From the IMG/VR virus record IMGVR_UViG_3300036770_004143, positions 206,076 to 270,075 of that record: a stretch of 64,000 nt of DNA; one strand, given 5' to 3'. Positions 26,130-34,876 of the stretch are shown one piece after another. Made by a program: the position numbers and the translations under genes. The notes under the pieces are model-generated. The model ran no database searches, had not been told where the DNA came from, and saw nothing but the letters and a program-made list of their open reading frames with translations. Within the stretch, counting starts at the first letter, position 1; each line of letters begins with the position of its first letter.

Positions 26130-26159
26130 TCACAGAGGGAAATTGATTTCCCTCTGTGA
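26130..26159. terminator. perfect 14-bp inverted repeat between convergent genes
   Basis: TCACAGAGGGAAAT-TG-ATTTCCCTCTGTGA. Confidence 0.7.
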
Positions 26160-26194
26160 GCATAAAATGTTGATTATTAGTATAGTTAGGAGTC

Positions 26195-26608
26195 TTAAAA
26201 GTAATGAATCCTCTTTAAATACCCATCATCTCCAACCATATTTCTCAATTCACTATTACTATATTCACCTAATGGTGATGTATCAATGTATAAAGTGCCA
26301 CCAACTTTCAATCCTTCAGGTAATGAGTGTAAGTTGTAACAATTTTGTAAAATCAAATTACCTCTAACTATTAACCCTTCTGGTAATGAACTTATATTAT
26401 CACAAAAACTTAAAATCAAATCACCACTAACTTCCAATCCTTCTGGTAGTGATTCTATATTTGAATATGTCAAATCCAAATCACCTTCAATATCTAAATC
26501 TTTTTCTGTTAATGGTATTTCATTTTTCCATTTCCATAAGAATGGTGGATTGTGTTCTTCCTTTTCTTCAAGGAATTCAAATATTCTTTTTAATGCTTCT
26601 TTTTTCAT
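26195..26608 (-). CDS. LRR paralogue 11
   Basis: Same N-cap and repeats; variant C-cap. Confidence 0.9.
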   Translation of the reverse strand: MKKEALKRIFEFLEEKEEHNPPFLWKWKNEIPLTEKDLDIEGDLDLTYSNIESLPEGLEVSGDLILSFCDNISSLPEGLIVRGNLILQNCYNLHSLPEGLKVGGTLYIDTSPLGEYSNSELRNMVGDDGYLKRIHYF

Positions 26609-27255
26609 TATCTAAATATTCCTCCTTTTATAAATCCAGGTTTAACCATTTCTCTTAATTGATTATCTGAATATTCTTCTAATGCCGTACCTAATATAAA
26701 TAGGTGTTCACCAATTTCTAATCCTTTTGGTAATGAGGTTATTTTTGTGCCTGATAAATCCAAATGCTCACTAACTGTAAGTCCTTGGGGTAATGATTTT
26801 AATGTTGTACAACTATTTAAAGCAAGATAACCATCAACCTTTAAACCTTTTGGTAAAGATTGTATTTTTGAAAAAGCCAAATCAATACTCCCATTAACCT
26901 CCAAATCTTTTGGCAGTATCTCAATGGATGTGTATGATAAAATTAAATCTTCTTCAACTACCAATCCTTTTGGTAAATATTTTATGCTTGAATATGATAA
27001 ATTGAAATGTTCTCCAACTTCCAATCCTTCTGGTAATGATTCTATTTTTGAAGCATATAAACTTAAATTACCCCCAACCTTCAACCCTTTTGGTAATGAG
27101 GTAATTTCTGATCCTTCAAAAATTAAATCCCCTTTAACATTTAACTCTTCTTTTGTTAATGGTATATTATTAATCAATTTCCATTTAACTGGTAGATTAT
27201 ACCCTTCCTTCTCTTTTAGGAATTCAAATATTCTTTTTAAGGTTTCTTTTTTCAT
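26608..27255 (-). CDS. LRR paralogue 12
   Basis: Same caps and repeats. Confidence 0.9.
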   Translation of the reverse strand: MKKETLKRIFEFLKEKEGYNLPVKWKLINNIPLTKEELNVKGDLIFEGSEITSLPKGLKVGGNLSLYASKIESLPEGLEVGEHFNLSYSSIKYLPKGLVVEEDLILSYTSIEILPKDLEVNGSIDLAFSKIQSLPKGLKVDGYLALNSCTTLKSLPQGLTVSEHLDLSGTKITSLPKGLEIGEHLFILGTALEEYSDNQLREMVKPGFIKGGIFR

Positions 27256-27263
27256 ATCATATA

Positions 27264-27734
27264 TTAATTATCATCATCTTCTTCATAATCATCTTCATCT
27301 TCATAATCATAATCAATGTAATATTCAGAAATTATATCACCTTTTATAAAACCAGGTTCAATTGATTTTCTTAAATGATCATCATTTTTATAGTAATAAG
27401 GTAGTTCAGATTCAGTTACATCTAAATGCCCCCCAACTTTCAATCCTTTTGGTAATGAAGTTATGCTTGTTCTTACTAAAAATAAACTATCACCAATTTC
27501 CAATCCTTCTGGTAGTGATTTTATTTTTGAACGAGATAAATCTAACCAACCACTAATTTTCAAGCCTTTTGGTAATGAGGTAATTTTTCTATCCTGTAAA
27601 TCCAAATCACCTTTAATATTTAATTCTTCTTCTGTTAATGGCTCACCATTTTCCCATTTCCACAAGAATGGAGTATTATGTTCTCCCTTCTTTTCAAGGA
27701 ACTCAAATATTCTTTTTAATGCTTCTTTTTCCAT
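27264..27734 (-). CDS. LRR paralogue 13 with acidic tail
   Basis: Same caps; ends YDYEDEDDYEEDDDN. Confidence 0.9.
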   Translation of the reverse strand: MEKEALKRIFEFLEKKGEHNTPFLWKWENGEPLTEEELNIKGDLDLQDRKITSLPKGLKISGWLDLSRSKIKSLPEGLEIGDSLFLVRTSITSLPKGLKVGGHLDVTESELPYYYKNDDHLRKSIEPGFIKGDIISEYYIDYDYEDEDDYEEDDDN

Positions 27735-28636
27735 TATTTTCTATTTGTTTTCTCACCCTCTATTCTTACAGATATTTTTGGTTTATACCCTTTTGGCAAT
27801 CTATTATCTATTCCAACAAATTCCCCCATTTCATTATCCATTCTAATAGTAATTTCTCTCTTATCCAAATTCATCATTATCTGCCCCACAGTCTGCATAT
27901 TATACATATTCTTCATTCTATAAGGATTCAAGAACTTATTTTTCTTATATTGTTCTTTCATCTTATCAATAACATCTTGATCCTTTTGAGCATCTTGCAA
28001 ATGCTTTTTGGCCAACTCCAATCTTGAATGGGATGACTTCTTCTTTATGCCATAAATATAACCTGTTTTTTTGTGTACTATGCCATGATTGGTTCTTACC
28101 TCAACCTTATCATCACCCATCTTTGTTATGACCGGAGTGTCCTTACTTGTGAGTTCAATAATATATATATTCTTTGGGCTTCCAACAATTGTCTGCCCCT
28201 TAATTCCAACATTCTTTGGATCATCTGCGTCATAAGATATGATTGATTTAATCACATCTTTTAAATTCCTAAAACTTAATGCTCTACGTATTTTCTTACC
28301 ATCATTGGAGTTCTTAACTTTCTTGGACTTGAATACTTTATTACTTTCCTTCTCATCTTGCCTAACCAATAGACTTGAATTAACTATTCCAATACCGTAT
28401 TCATTCATTCCCTCGGACCAGTCTGTTTCTGTATCTCTCCAATACATAACCTCAACATCATCCACAATCTCATGGACAATTTCCATCTTTGCCAAATAAC
28501 CCCTATCCCTGTTTTTGGCTATAACATTCCCATCATCTAATCTAACAGCAGCAATTGTGCATTCTTGGATTAGCCTTTGTTCATCTAAAATATTTACTTG
28601 ACTTTCAGTAAGCAAAATGAATTTATTATCTTTCAT
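27734..28636 (-). CDS. Ntn-hydrolase-like protein (C45/NRDE-like) with 25-aa leader
   Basis: LIQE-CTIAAV...IAKNRDR...SEGMNEYGIGIVNSSL...RTNHG. Confidence 0.6.
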   Translation of the reverse strand: MKDNKFILLTESQVNILDEQRLIQECTIAAVRLDDGNVIAKNRDRGYLAKMEIVHEIVDDVEVMYWRDTETDWSEGMNEYGIGIVNSSLLVRQDEKESNKVFKSKKVKNSNDGKKIRRALSFRNLKDVIKSIISYDADDPKNVGIKGQTIVGSPKNIYIIELTSKDTPVITKMGDDKVEVRTNHGIVHKKTGYIYGIKKKSSHSRLELAKKHLQDAQKDQDVIDKMKEQYKKNKFLNPYRMKNMYNMQTVGQIMMNLDKREITIRMDNEMGEFVGIDNRLPKGYKPKISVRIEGEKTNRK

Positions 28637-28655
28637 TTTTTTTACTATAAATATA

Positions 28656-29072
28656 TCAAGACAATGATTTAATCAAACTCATCATCTTATCATCTATATA
28701 TAACCCACTTAATTCTTCATAGGTAAAATAGCCACATTCTGTATGCTCATCACCATCCATAGCATTCTCCAAATCTGGAACTAATTTCTTATCTGGGCTG
28801 TCTAATAAGAACACATTGAACCTACCATTTATCTTGCTACCATCTCTTGAATATCTATCAATGGATGCAATAGGTGTTAGTTTCCTATTTGTTATATGAA
28901 TATTAGTTTCCTCATAGAACTCCCTTTTAGCACCTTCATGTGTTGTTTCAAATGTTTCCAATTTCCCAGCAGGAACTGACCACATTCCAGGCAAACTATT
29001 GCTCTTTGGACTTCTCTTGCAAAGTAGAAACTCCTTATTGTGTCTTACTAATACACCAACATACTCTCTCAT
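28656..29072 (-). CDS. NUDIX hydrolase
   Basis: GKLETFETTHEGAKREFYEETNI Nudix box. Confidence 0.9.
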   Translation of the reverse strand: MREYVGVLVRHNKEFLLCKRSPKSNSLPGMWSVPAGKLETFETTHEGAKREFYEETNIHITNRKLTPIASIDRYSRDGSKINGRFNVFLLDSPDKKLVPDLENAMDGDEHTECGYFTYEELSGLYIDDKMMSLIKSLS

Positions 29073-29083
29073 ATTCTTTTTAT

Positions 29084-29785
29084 TTATTGTTTGATTAAAT
29101 GATAAGCATTTTTATTTCCAGTGTCAATGAATACCAATTCAGCATCATCATATTTCTTAATTACTTTTTCATCCAAATGAGTATGACCAACCACTTGGTT
29201 AAATCCTGGAATATAATCATTTGTCAATTCCTTCATACCTGCCCAAAATACACCAGAGAAAGGATCAATACCACCCCTCTCATCACCAATGTAAAAAAGG
29301 GTCTTGCAACTAATTTCAAACAAGAAGTTTAACTTGTCTGCAATGTCATTATGCTCTTTTACATCACCCCAACCCAAATCCAATGCTGTTAAATAATCAT
29401 TCTCTGTTGATTGAACCAACTTGTTTGTAATCCCAGCATGGGAAACAATGGTATTACCATATAGAAATGTTGCTTGGAACAAATCTTTGTGCTTCTTGAA
29501 TAAGTTATTTACATCAAACATAATGCTATAATCAAATCCTGTTCCCCTATAATTACTATTCAAGTAATAATAATGAATATCATGATTACCCAAAAGCAAC
29601 TTAACCTTATCTGGATAAGTTTGTTTAAGTTTGATGATTTTCCTAAAATTATCCAAAATCTTTTTTGACCCAATGGAATAAGAATCAAAGTAATCACCTA
29701 CAAAGACAATATAGTCCTCATCCATATGCTCATTAACAATGGATTTCCAGAAGTCTTGACCATGAATATCACCAATTACTAACAT
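29084..29785 (-). CDS. calcineurin-like metallophosphoesterase
   Basis: GDIHG, GDYFD, GNHD, SHAG, GHT. Confidence 0.9.
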   Translation of the reverse strand: MLVIGDIHGQDFWKSIVNEHMDEDYIVFVGDYFDSYSIGSKKILDNFRKIIKLKQTYPDKVKLLLGNHDIHYYYLNSNYRGTGFDYSIMFDVNNLFKKHKDLFQATFLYGNTIVSHAGITNKLVQSTENDYLTALDLGWGDVKEHNDIADKLNFLFEISCKTLFYIGDERGGIDPFSGVFWAGMKELTNDYIPGFNQVVGHTHLDEKVIKKYDDAELVFIDTGNKNAYHLIKQ

Positions 29786-29856
29786 TTTTTTGTGTTTTGT
29801 TTTGCAAAAATAGAATTAAATTTGATTAAAACCTATTTATTATATAAATAATTATC

Positions 29857-30204
29857 ATGAAATTGAAAATAAATGATTTAACCTTTGAAGCAAAATTGGC
29901 AATATCTCGTGAAGAGAAAGAAAAAGGAATGATGAATAAGGAATTTGATGAAACCTTTAATTCTATGTTATTCCTTATGGATGAACCCAGATCCTGTTTC
30001 TGGATGAAGAATTGTATCATACCATTGGATATAATAATGATTGATGATAATGTAATCACAAAGATACATCACAATTGCCCCCCATGTACAACTGAAAGAT
30101 GTAAAAGATATTGTGGTGATGGGAATATGGTGTTAGAGGTGATAGGGGGAACGTGTAAAAAAAATAACATCAAGGAGGGTGATGTCCTTGATGTTAATAG
30201 TTAA
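29857..30204 (+). CDS. DUF192 family protein
   Basis: KGMM...MLF...FWMKNCIIPLDIIMID...VLEV. Confidence 0.8.
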   Translation: MKLKINDLTFEAKLAISREEKEKGMMNKEFDETFNSMLFLMDEPRSCFWMKNCIIPLDIIMIDDNVITKIHHNCPPCTTERCKRYCGDGNMVLEVIGGTCKKNNIKEGDVLDVNS

Positions 30205-31682
30205 TATTTGCTAACTTCTGTTTCTAACTTATCTTTAATTTTACTTGCAATAGTTTTCATTAAACTCAAGTATTCTGTCTCTCCGCCCTCTTTTTTAGAA
30301 TCAGATTTGACATATTTTGGTTCTGATGATGCTGTTCTTGGTTCTGTTGATTTTGGTTTTGGTGTTCTTGGACCAGGAGGCCTTTTACCCCTACCTATGA
30401 AGTTCAATCCTGAAATGTTTGTAATACTTGGATGACCACCACTATTTGCTTGGATTATATCCCAAGCATTTAATGCAACACAATCTAATTTTTGTTTCTC
30501 ATCTTCTGTTAATTCACTAAATAACTTATCCATAATTGATTTCAATTCAGCATTTGTTTTTGGCGCACCAGGTTTTGTATAATACTTATCCCCATATGTT
30601 GCATGAAAATCATTGTATGTAAATCCAACACTATCTTCCTTTGCTTTTGATTCATTAACCCACTTCATTGTTGATAATAAGATTAACTTATCTTCCAACA
30701 TTGGTTTGAATTGTGCCATAACCTTTTGTGCTAATTCCCCTAAATGAAGTGCCTTGTATTTTGGATTTTCTTTAAATGGATTTTTTGAAACCTGGATTAA
30801 ACCCAATGGCCAATAAATAATCAAAAAGTTTGCATCTGGTTGATTCTTAAATGCAACATATCTATCATATGATCCTGTACCCTTTAAAGTACCCATACCA
30901 TATTGATATATAATACCATCCTCATATTTAACACTTGGACTGTCTTTCATTGATTCAATATATTTCTCTGCATTCATCTGCAAATCCTCTGGTAATTCAT
31001 CTGTATTCTCTTTCATCCATTTCTTAATATTATTCAATATAGATAATATAGATGGTGTTGAATTCATTACAAGATATTCAAGAAATCCTTTCTTATTCTT
31101 AAATGCCAATAATAATTTATTTGCAACAAGACCAAGTAATAATTTATTCTCCCTCATTGATTTTGACTTATCATACTTATATAAGTAATTGATAACATTG
31201 TCTGGGGTTAAACCTTGTCTAACAAAATCAGCCGAATCCACTGTATTGATTATCAAAATATCTGTATCACTAAACAAATCACTTTTTGAAATAACTTGTG
31301 AAATGGTTTCAGCATTTGACCTTGCTTTCTTAAATTGTCCTGATGTTTTTTTGGTATCAACACCAATCTGGCTATCATGGTGATCTGTATGTATTTTGAA
31401 CATAGGTTTTCCATGTGCAAAATCCACTAGAACAGGCATAGTATCCCCTAGGGCATCATTCTTCTTTACAGCAAACTCCATATCCCCGTATTGGATAACA
31501 TGTGCATCAATAACTTCAATGCCATTATCTTCCAAGTATTTTTTCATAGCTAAAGCCGATGTAACACCATCAAGCCCTCAGAGGTCCTGGTGAAAGTAGA
31601 TCTCCGCTTTATTATAACGGTTTGCAAGAGCATCAATATCTCTAATTCCACTTTCTACCAGGACCTGATTGTTTTTTTTCAT
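30201..31682 (-). CDS. DHH-family phosphoesterase with an in-frame TGA (31578-31580) inside motif I
   Basis: Manual translation MKKNNQVLVESGIRDIDALANRYNKAEIYFHQDL*GLDGVTSALAMKKYLE...VLVDFAH...HTDHHD...SNAETI...DSAD...GGH; the track ORF from 31547 lacks motif I. Confidence 0.75.
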
Positions 31683-31717
31683 AGTCGTTTATTTTTTTTA
31701 TTACAATAAATATATAA

Positions 31718-32614
31718 CTACTTTAAATAAGTAGTTAAGTTATATAACTCATTTTTAGTTATCGAACATTTACTTTGTTTTGAACAATTTTCACTTCCCA
31801 AAATTGGTTCTAAATTCTCTTTTGCTGACAAAATTTCAGGAGGAATATTATTTTTAAAACCTTCAAATATGCTATACTTATGATCAATATGATATAAGTA
31901 TTTACCAATTTTATAATTGTTAGGGTTAATTATGTCTTTATATCTTCTATATGTGATTTTTGTTAATGAACGCACTTTTTTAGCATAATTCATATATTCT
32001 AATAAATCCTCATTTTTAAAACCACATTTTATTGAATCATAATAACAATAACTACAAATAAATTTTTTATGTTTAGCAGCAAAATTAACATATCTTTTAT
32101 CAGAAATATGTCCATTTTTACACTCAACAACTAATTTACTATTTTTACCATCTAAATCTAATAATGATAGCAATTTAAAACCATTTTTATTTACTATTTT
32201 TTTTAAAAAAACTTCATTTATTATACTTTGATTCTTTTTTATTTTAACATCATCAATTAAAGAGGGATTTTTAGCACCTTTCCATTTTTCAGAATAGATT
32301 AATTTTAATTCTTTAACTCTTTCTTCACTATGAAAATCACTCCATTTTCTATTATCACCAAATCTACCATTACCATCACCACTACATTGACAAGGTCTGC
32401 ATATTTGAATATCAAAATTCAATTTATCCTTAATTAAATGACACGCATTTATTGAGTGCAATTTATTAGGTGTTTTACATGTTAAAGAATCACAAGCCCA
32501 AATAACTTTATAACCAGTAGTTCCTTTTTTATTATCCAAATATTTCCCATCAATTTTGGTATAATAATTAGGTTTAGATTTATAATAAAATGGCTTCCAA
32601 ATTGATTTAATCAA
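31718..32614 (-). CDS. free-standing HNH-type homing endonuclease with Zn-ribbon and NUMOD3-like repeats
   Basis: CRPC, GDGNGRFG, GAKNPS, CKNGH...CSYC; C-terminal YHIDHKYS...ENLE...ENCSKQSKC. Confidence 0.75.
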   Translation of the reverse strand: MIKSIWKPFYYKSKPNYYTKIDGKYLDNKKGTTGYKVIWACDSLTCKTPNKLHSINACHLIKDKLNFDIQICRPCQCSGDGNGRFGDNRKWSDFHSEERVKELKLIYSEKWKGAKNPSLIDDVKIKKNQSIINEVFLKKIVNKNGFKLLSLLDLDGKNSKLVVECKNGHISDKRYVNFAAKHKKFICSYCYYDSIKCGFKNEDLLEYMNYAKKVRSLTKITYRRYKDIINPNNYKIGKYLYHIDHKYSIFEGFKNNIPPEILSAKENLEPILGSENCSKQSKCSITKNELYNLTTYLK

Positions 32615-32615
32615 C

Positions 32616-32984
32616 TTAATTAAGTGTTAATAAATATTTCATTTTATTCACTTCTGCCAAAATTTCATCTCTGATATTTAGCAAATCAGTGTCTTCTCCT
32701 TCTGTTAATTTTTCTGATAAACTCATCAAAAACTCTGTAAAATCATCCAGATACTCCTGCATTGAAAATCCCTCAATATCTTTAAACTCCATTGAGAAAT
32801 CACCCCCAAACTCAGGACGACCATGCTTACCCATACAAACTTCAACATACTTATCAATCAAATCATCCAGATTTTCATAAAAAGCACCATAAGCCTGGTG
32901 CTTTGCATATGATTTTGTTTGCCAATGCAAGAACCTAAACTGAATTTGAGTGCTAACTAGTTCTAATATAATCTCTTCATTCAT
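32616..32984 (-). CDS. ferritin/Dps-like protein (DUF5856-like)
   Basis: LHWQTKSYAKHQAYGAFYE..DDLIDKYVE..MG...LLNIRDEI. Confidence 0.75.
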   Translation of the reverse strand: MNEEIILELVSTQIQFRFLHWQTKSYAKHQAYGAFYENLDDLIDKYVEVCMGKHGRPEFGGDFSMEFKDIEGFSMQEYLDDFTEFLMSLSEKLTEGEDTDLLNIRDEILAEVNKMKYLLTLN

Positions 32985-32985
32985 A

Positions 32986-33588
32986 TTATAATAATTTTAT
33001 TAATCTTCTTTCTCCACCTCCACGGGCTTCTCTATACATATCATTAAATGTTTTTTCATCTATTTCATATAAAAAACTTTCATCCATACTATATAGAAAC
33101 TTTTTATCTCTATGACTACCCTTTGCTAATTTAGAGAAAAACTCTTTTGTTAAATCAGTATCTATTTCCATATTTTTATCCCAGCCTTTTTTTGTGAAAC
33201 TATTTATAACCTTACCCATACCTGATGCATCATTAGTTCCAATTTCAACAAACTCATTACTATCTTTATATATAACTGAATACTGATCATAATACTCCCC
33301 CAAGAAAAGTAAGCGTTCTTTACTTATGTTTGGTATAAAAAGTGTTTTTTCATTTATCCAATCACCTTCTTCTTTAAAACCACCTTCTAATTCAATATAA
33401 CCTAATTTAAGATTATTTCTAACAAAAGATTTTAATTCTTTATACCTTTCTAAATTTTCAACCCTAGATAAGTATTTTCTAAATGGAGAAATCACGCCAA
33501 AAGATGCTGAATCATCCTGAACATATTTCCAAACTCTTGATAAACTACTTTCTTGTAGTATAACATTTTTTACTTTCCTTTTTTCCAT
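32986..33588 (-). CDS. conserved T4-like phage protein (DUF3293-like)
   Basis: ESSLSRVW...GVISPFR...GYIEL.GG..E...EKTLFI...YDQYSVI. Confidence 0.55.
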   Translation of the reverse strand: MEKRKVKNVILQESSLSRVWKYVQDDSASFGVISPFRKYLSRVENLERYKELKSFVRNNLKLGYIELEGGFKEEGDWINEKTLFIPNISKERLLFLGEYYDQYSVIYKDSNEFVEIGTNDASGMGKVINSFTKKGWDKNMEIDTDLTKEFFSKLAKGSHRDKKFLYSMDESFLYEIDEKTFNDMYREARGGGERRLIKLL

Positions 33589-33605
33589 ATAACTATGTTT
33601 TAATA

Positions 33606-33848
33606 TTAAATACTTGTTCCTGACAATTTATTTATCTTAAACTCAAGATATTCTATTGCTTTTTTTAAATCTTCAATTTCCTTGTCTGGATTTTTCCTGC
33701 CGGATCTTGCAACATATTTAACAACATTGAATAAATAGGCATCTTTATCCAAACCCCAAGCCTCACATACTTTATAAACCTCATATGTGTTATCTTCCCC
33801 AAATTTATAATGGTCTGGGTGTGAAACCATTTCTTTGTTTGTTATCAT
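33606..33848 (-). CDS. DUF3310 family protein
   Basis: VSHPDHY...NVVKYVARSGRK...EDLKKAIEYL. Confidence 0.85.
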   Translation of the reverse strand: MITNKEMVSHPDHYKFGEDNTYEVYKVCEAWGLDKDAYLFNVVKYVARSGRKNPDKEIEDLKKAIEYLEFKINKLSGTSI

Positions 33849-34564
33849 AATTTATCAATATTTTTAAAGATTATTTTACGTTTTGCAATTGGTAATATGG
33901 TTTCTCTTACTGGAAAGTCTTGTGTAGATGTAATTTCATAAACCTGTTTATTTGTATCATATCCTTTTTCTTTAAGTTTATCAAAAACCTTAATCATAGA
34001 TATCTTATCATAATCACCACAATAAATTTCATTGAATGAACTGCTTGTGCTATACTTTCCATCATTGAGAAGAACTTCAAACGAATAAATATATAATAAT
34101 TTTTTTGTTTTGTCAAAATAATAGAAATAACCTGTTGAACTTATTGCTGATTTATTTTTTTTTAATTTAACATCAATATTCTCAAAAGCTAAAGTCCAAA
34201 TTGATTTGGCAAAATTAAATAAATCAAGAAATTTTGGGTATGTAAAATTAATTGTTCTACTAACTTCACTCTTATCCTTAACCATTAGTTTAGGAACTTC
34301 ATCATATCTAAAATCCCCAAGTTCAATCTCATCATCATATTCATTTAACTGCCTGGTTAATGAAACAATTTTATTATCCTTACCTATGGAAGCAATATTG
34401 ATTAAGTTTAATGTTATGTCATGTAAATCAGGATATATCTTTAATTCATTTAATCTACCCTCTGAACTCTTTATATAGTTTAGAGCAATGTATTTATTGT
34501 ATTCAAAATCAATAGGACGTCTAAACACCCACTCAGAATTAAGTTTTTCATTCATCATCATCAT
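33845..34564 (-). CDS. hypothetical protein
   Basis: PIDFEYNKYIAL motif; 239 aa. Confidence 0.7.
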   Translation of the reverse strand: MMMMNEKLNSEWVFRRPIDFEYNKYIALNYIKSSEGRLNELKIYPDLHDITLNLINIASIGKDNKIVSLTRQLNEYDDEIELGDFRYDEVPKLMVKDKSEVSRTINFTYPKFLDLFNFAKSIWTLAFENIDVKLKKNKSAISSTGYFYYFDKTKKLLYIYSFEVLLNDGKYSTSSSFNEIYCGDYDKISMIKVFDKLKEKGYDTNKQVYEITSTQDFPVRETILPIAKRKIIFKNIDKL

Positions 34565-34659
34565 CTTCTTTTTTTTAATATAATTTCTAAAATGTAGAAA
34601 TCAAAATATCCTTTATTATTTTTATAAATATCTATATATTTATATATAAATATAAAATT

Positions 34660-34797
34660 ATGGGATGTGGTTGTAAATCTAAAACAAATGAAAGTGTGCA
34701 ATCTTCTGCATCTTCCTCTCAAGAGCAAGAAAACTTGAAAGATAAGATAAAGAAAACAGTTGAAAAATACTACACAGCACAGAAAACAAAAGGCTAA
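34660..34797 (+). CDS. 45-aa MGCGCK microprotein (missed by the track)
   Basis: MGCGCKSKTNESVQSSASSSQEQENLKDKIKKTVEKYYTAQKTKG; ATATTTAT upstream, terminator downstream. Confidence 0.65.
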   Translation: MGCGCKSKTNESVQSSASSSQEQENLKDKIKKTVEKYYTAQKTKG

Positions 34798-34804
34798 ATT
34801 GCAG

Positions 34805-34830
34805 AAAAAGGGGTTTATTGCCCCTTTTTT
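34805..34830 (+). terminator. intrinsic terminator
   Basis: AAAAAGGGG-TTTATTG-CCCCTTTTTT. Confidence 0.7.
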
Positions 34831-34876
34831 TATTTATATTGTAAAATATTATTTATATGTTTATCAAAAAAATAAT

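Noticed and set aside
16296-27734. Diversity-generating retroelement acting on the LRR genes
   Set aside because: No reverse transcriptase in the window, and differences between similar blocks are not adenine-specific
16537-27846. Many plus-strand ORFs of 60-140 aa in the ORF track over the LRR genes
   Set aside because: Antisense shadows of repetitive coding sequence with no independent motifs or promoters
31578-31580. Genome-wide UGA (or UAG) recoding as the explanation of the internal stop
   Set aside because: TGA and TAG end many normal genes here (e.g. 2156, 14952, 18810, 7581) and long genes are intact under code 11
31572-31583. Self-splicing intron or intein remnant at the DHH motif
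   Set aside because: Nine nucleotides cannot self-splice and an intein cannot contain a stop; imprecise intron loss or an assembly error remains possible and needs read checking
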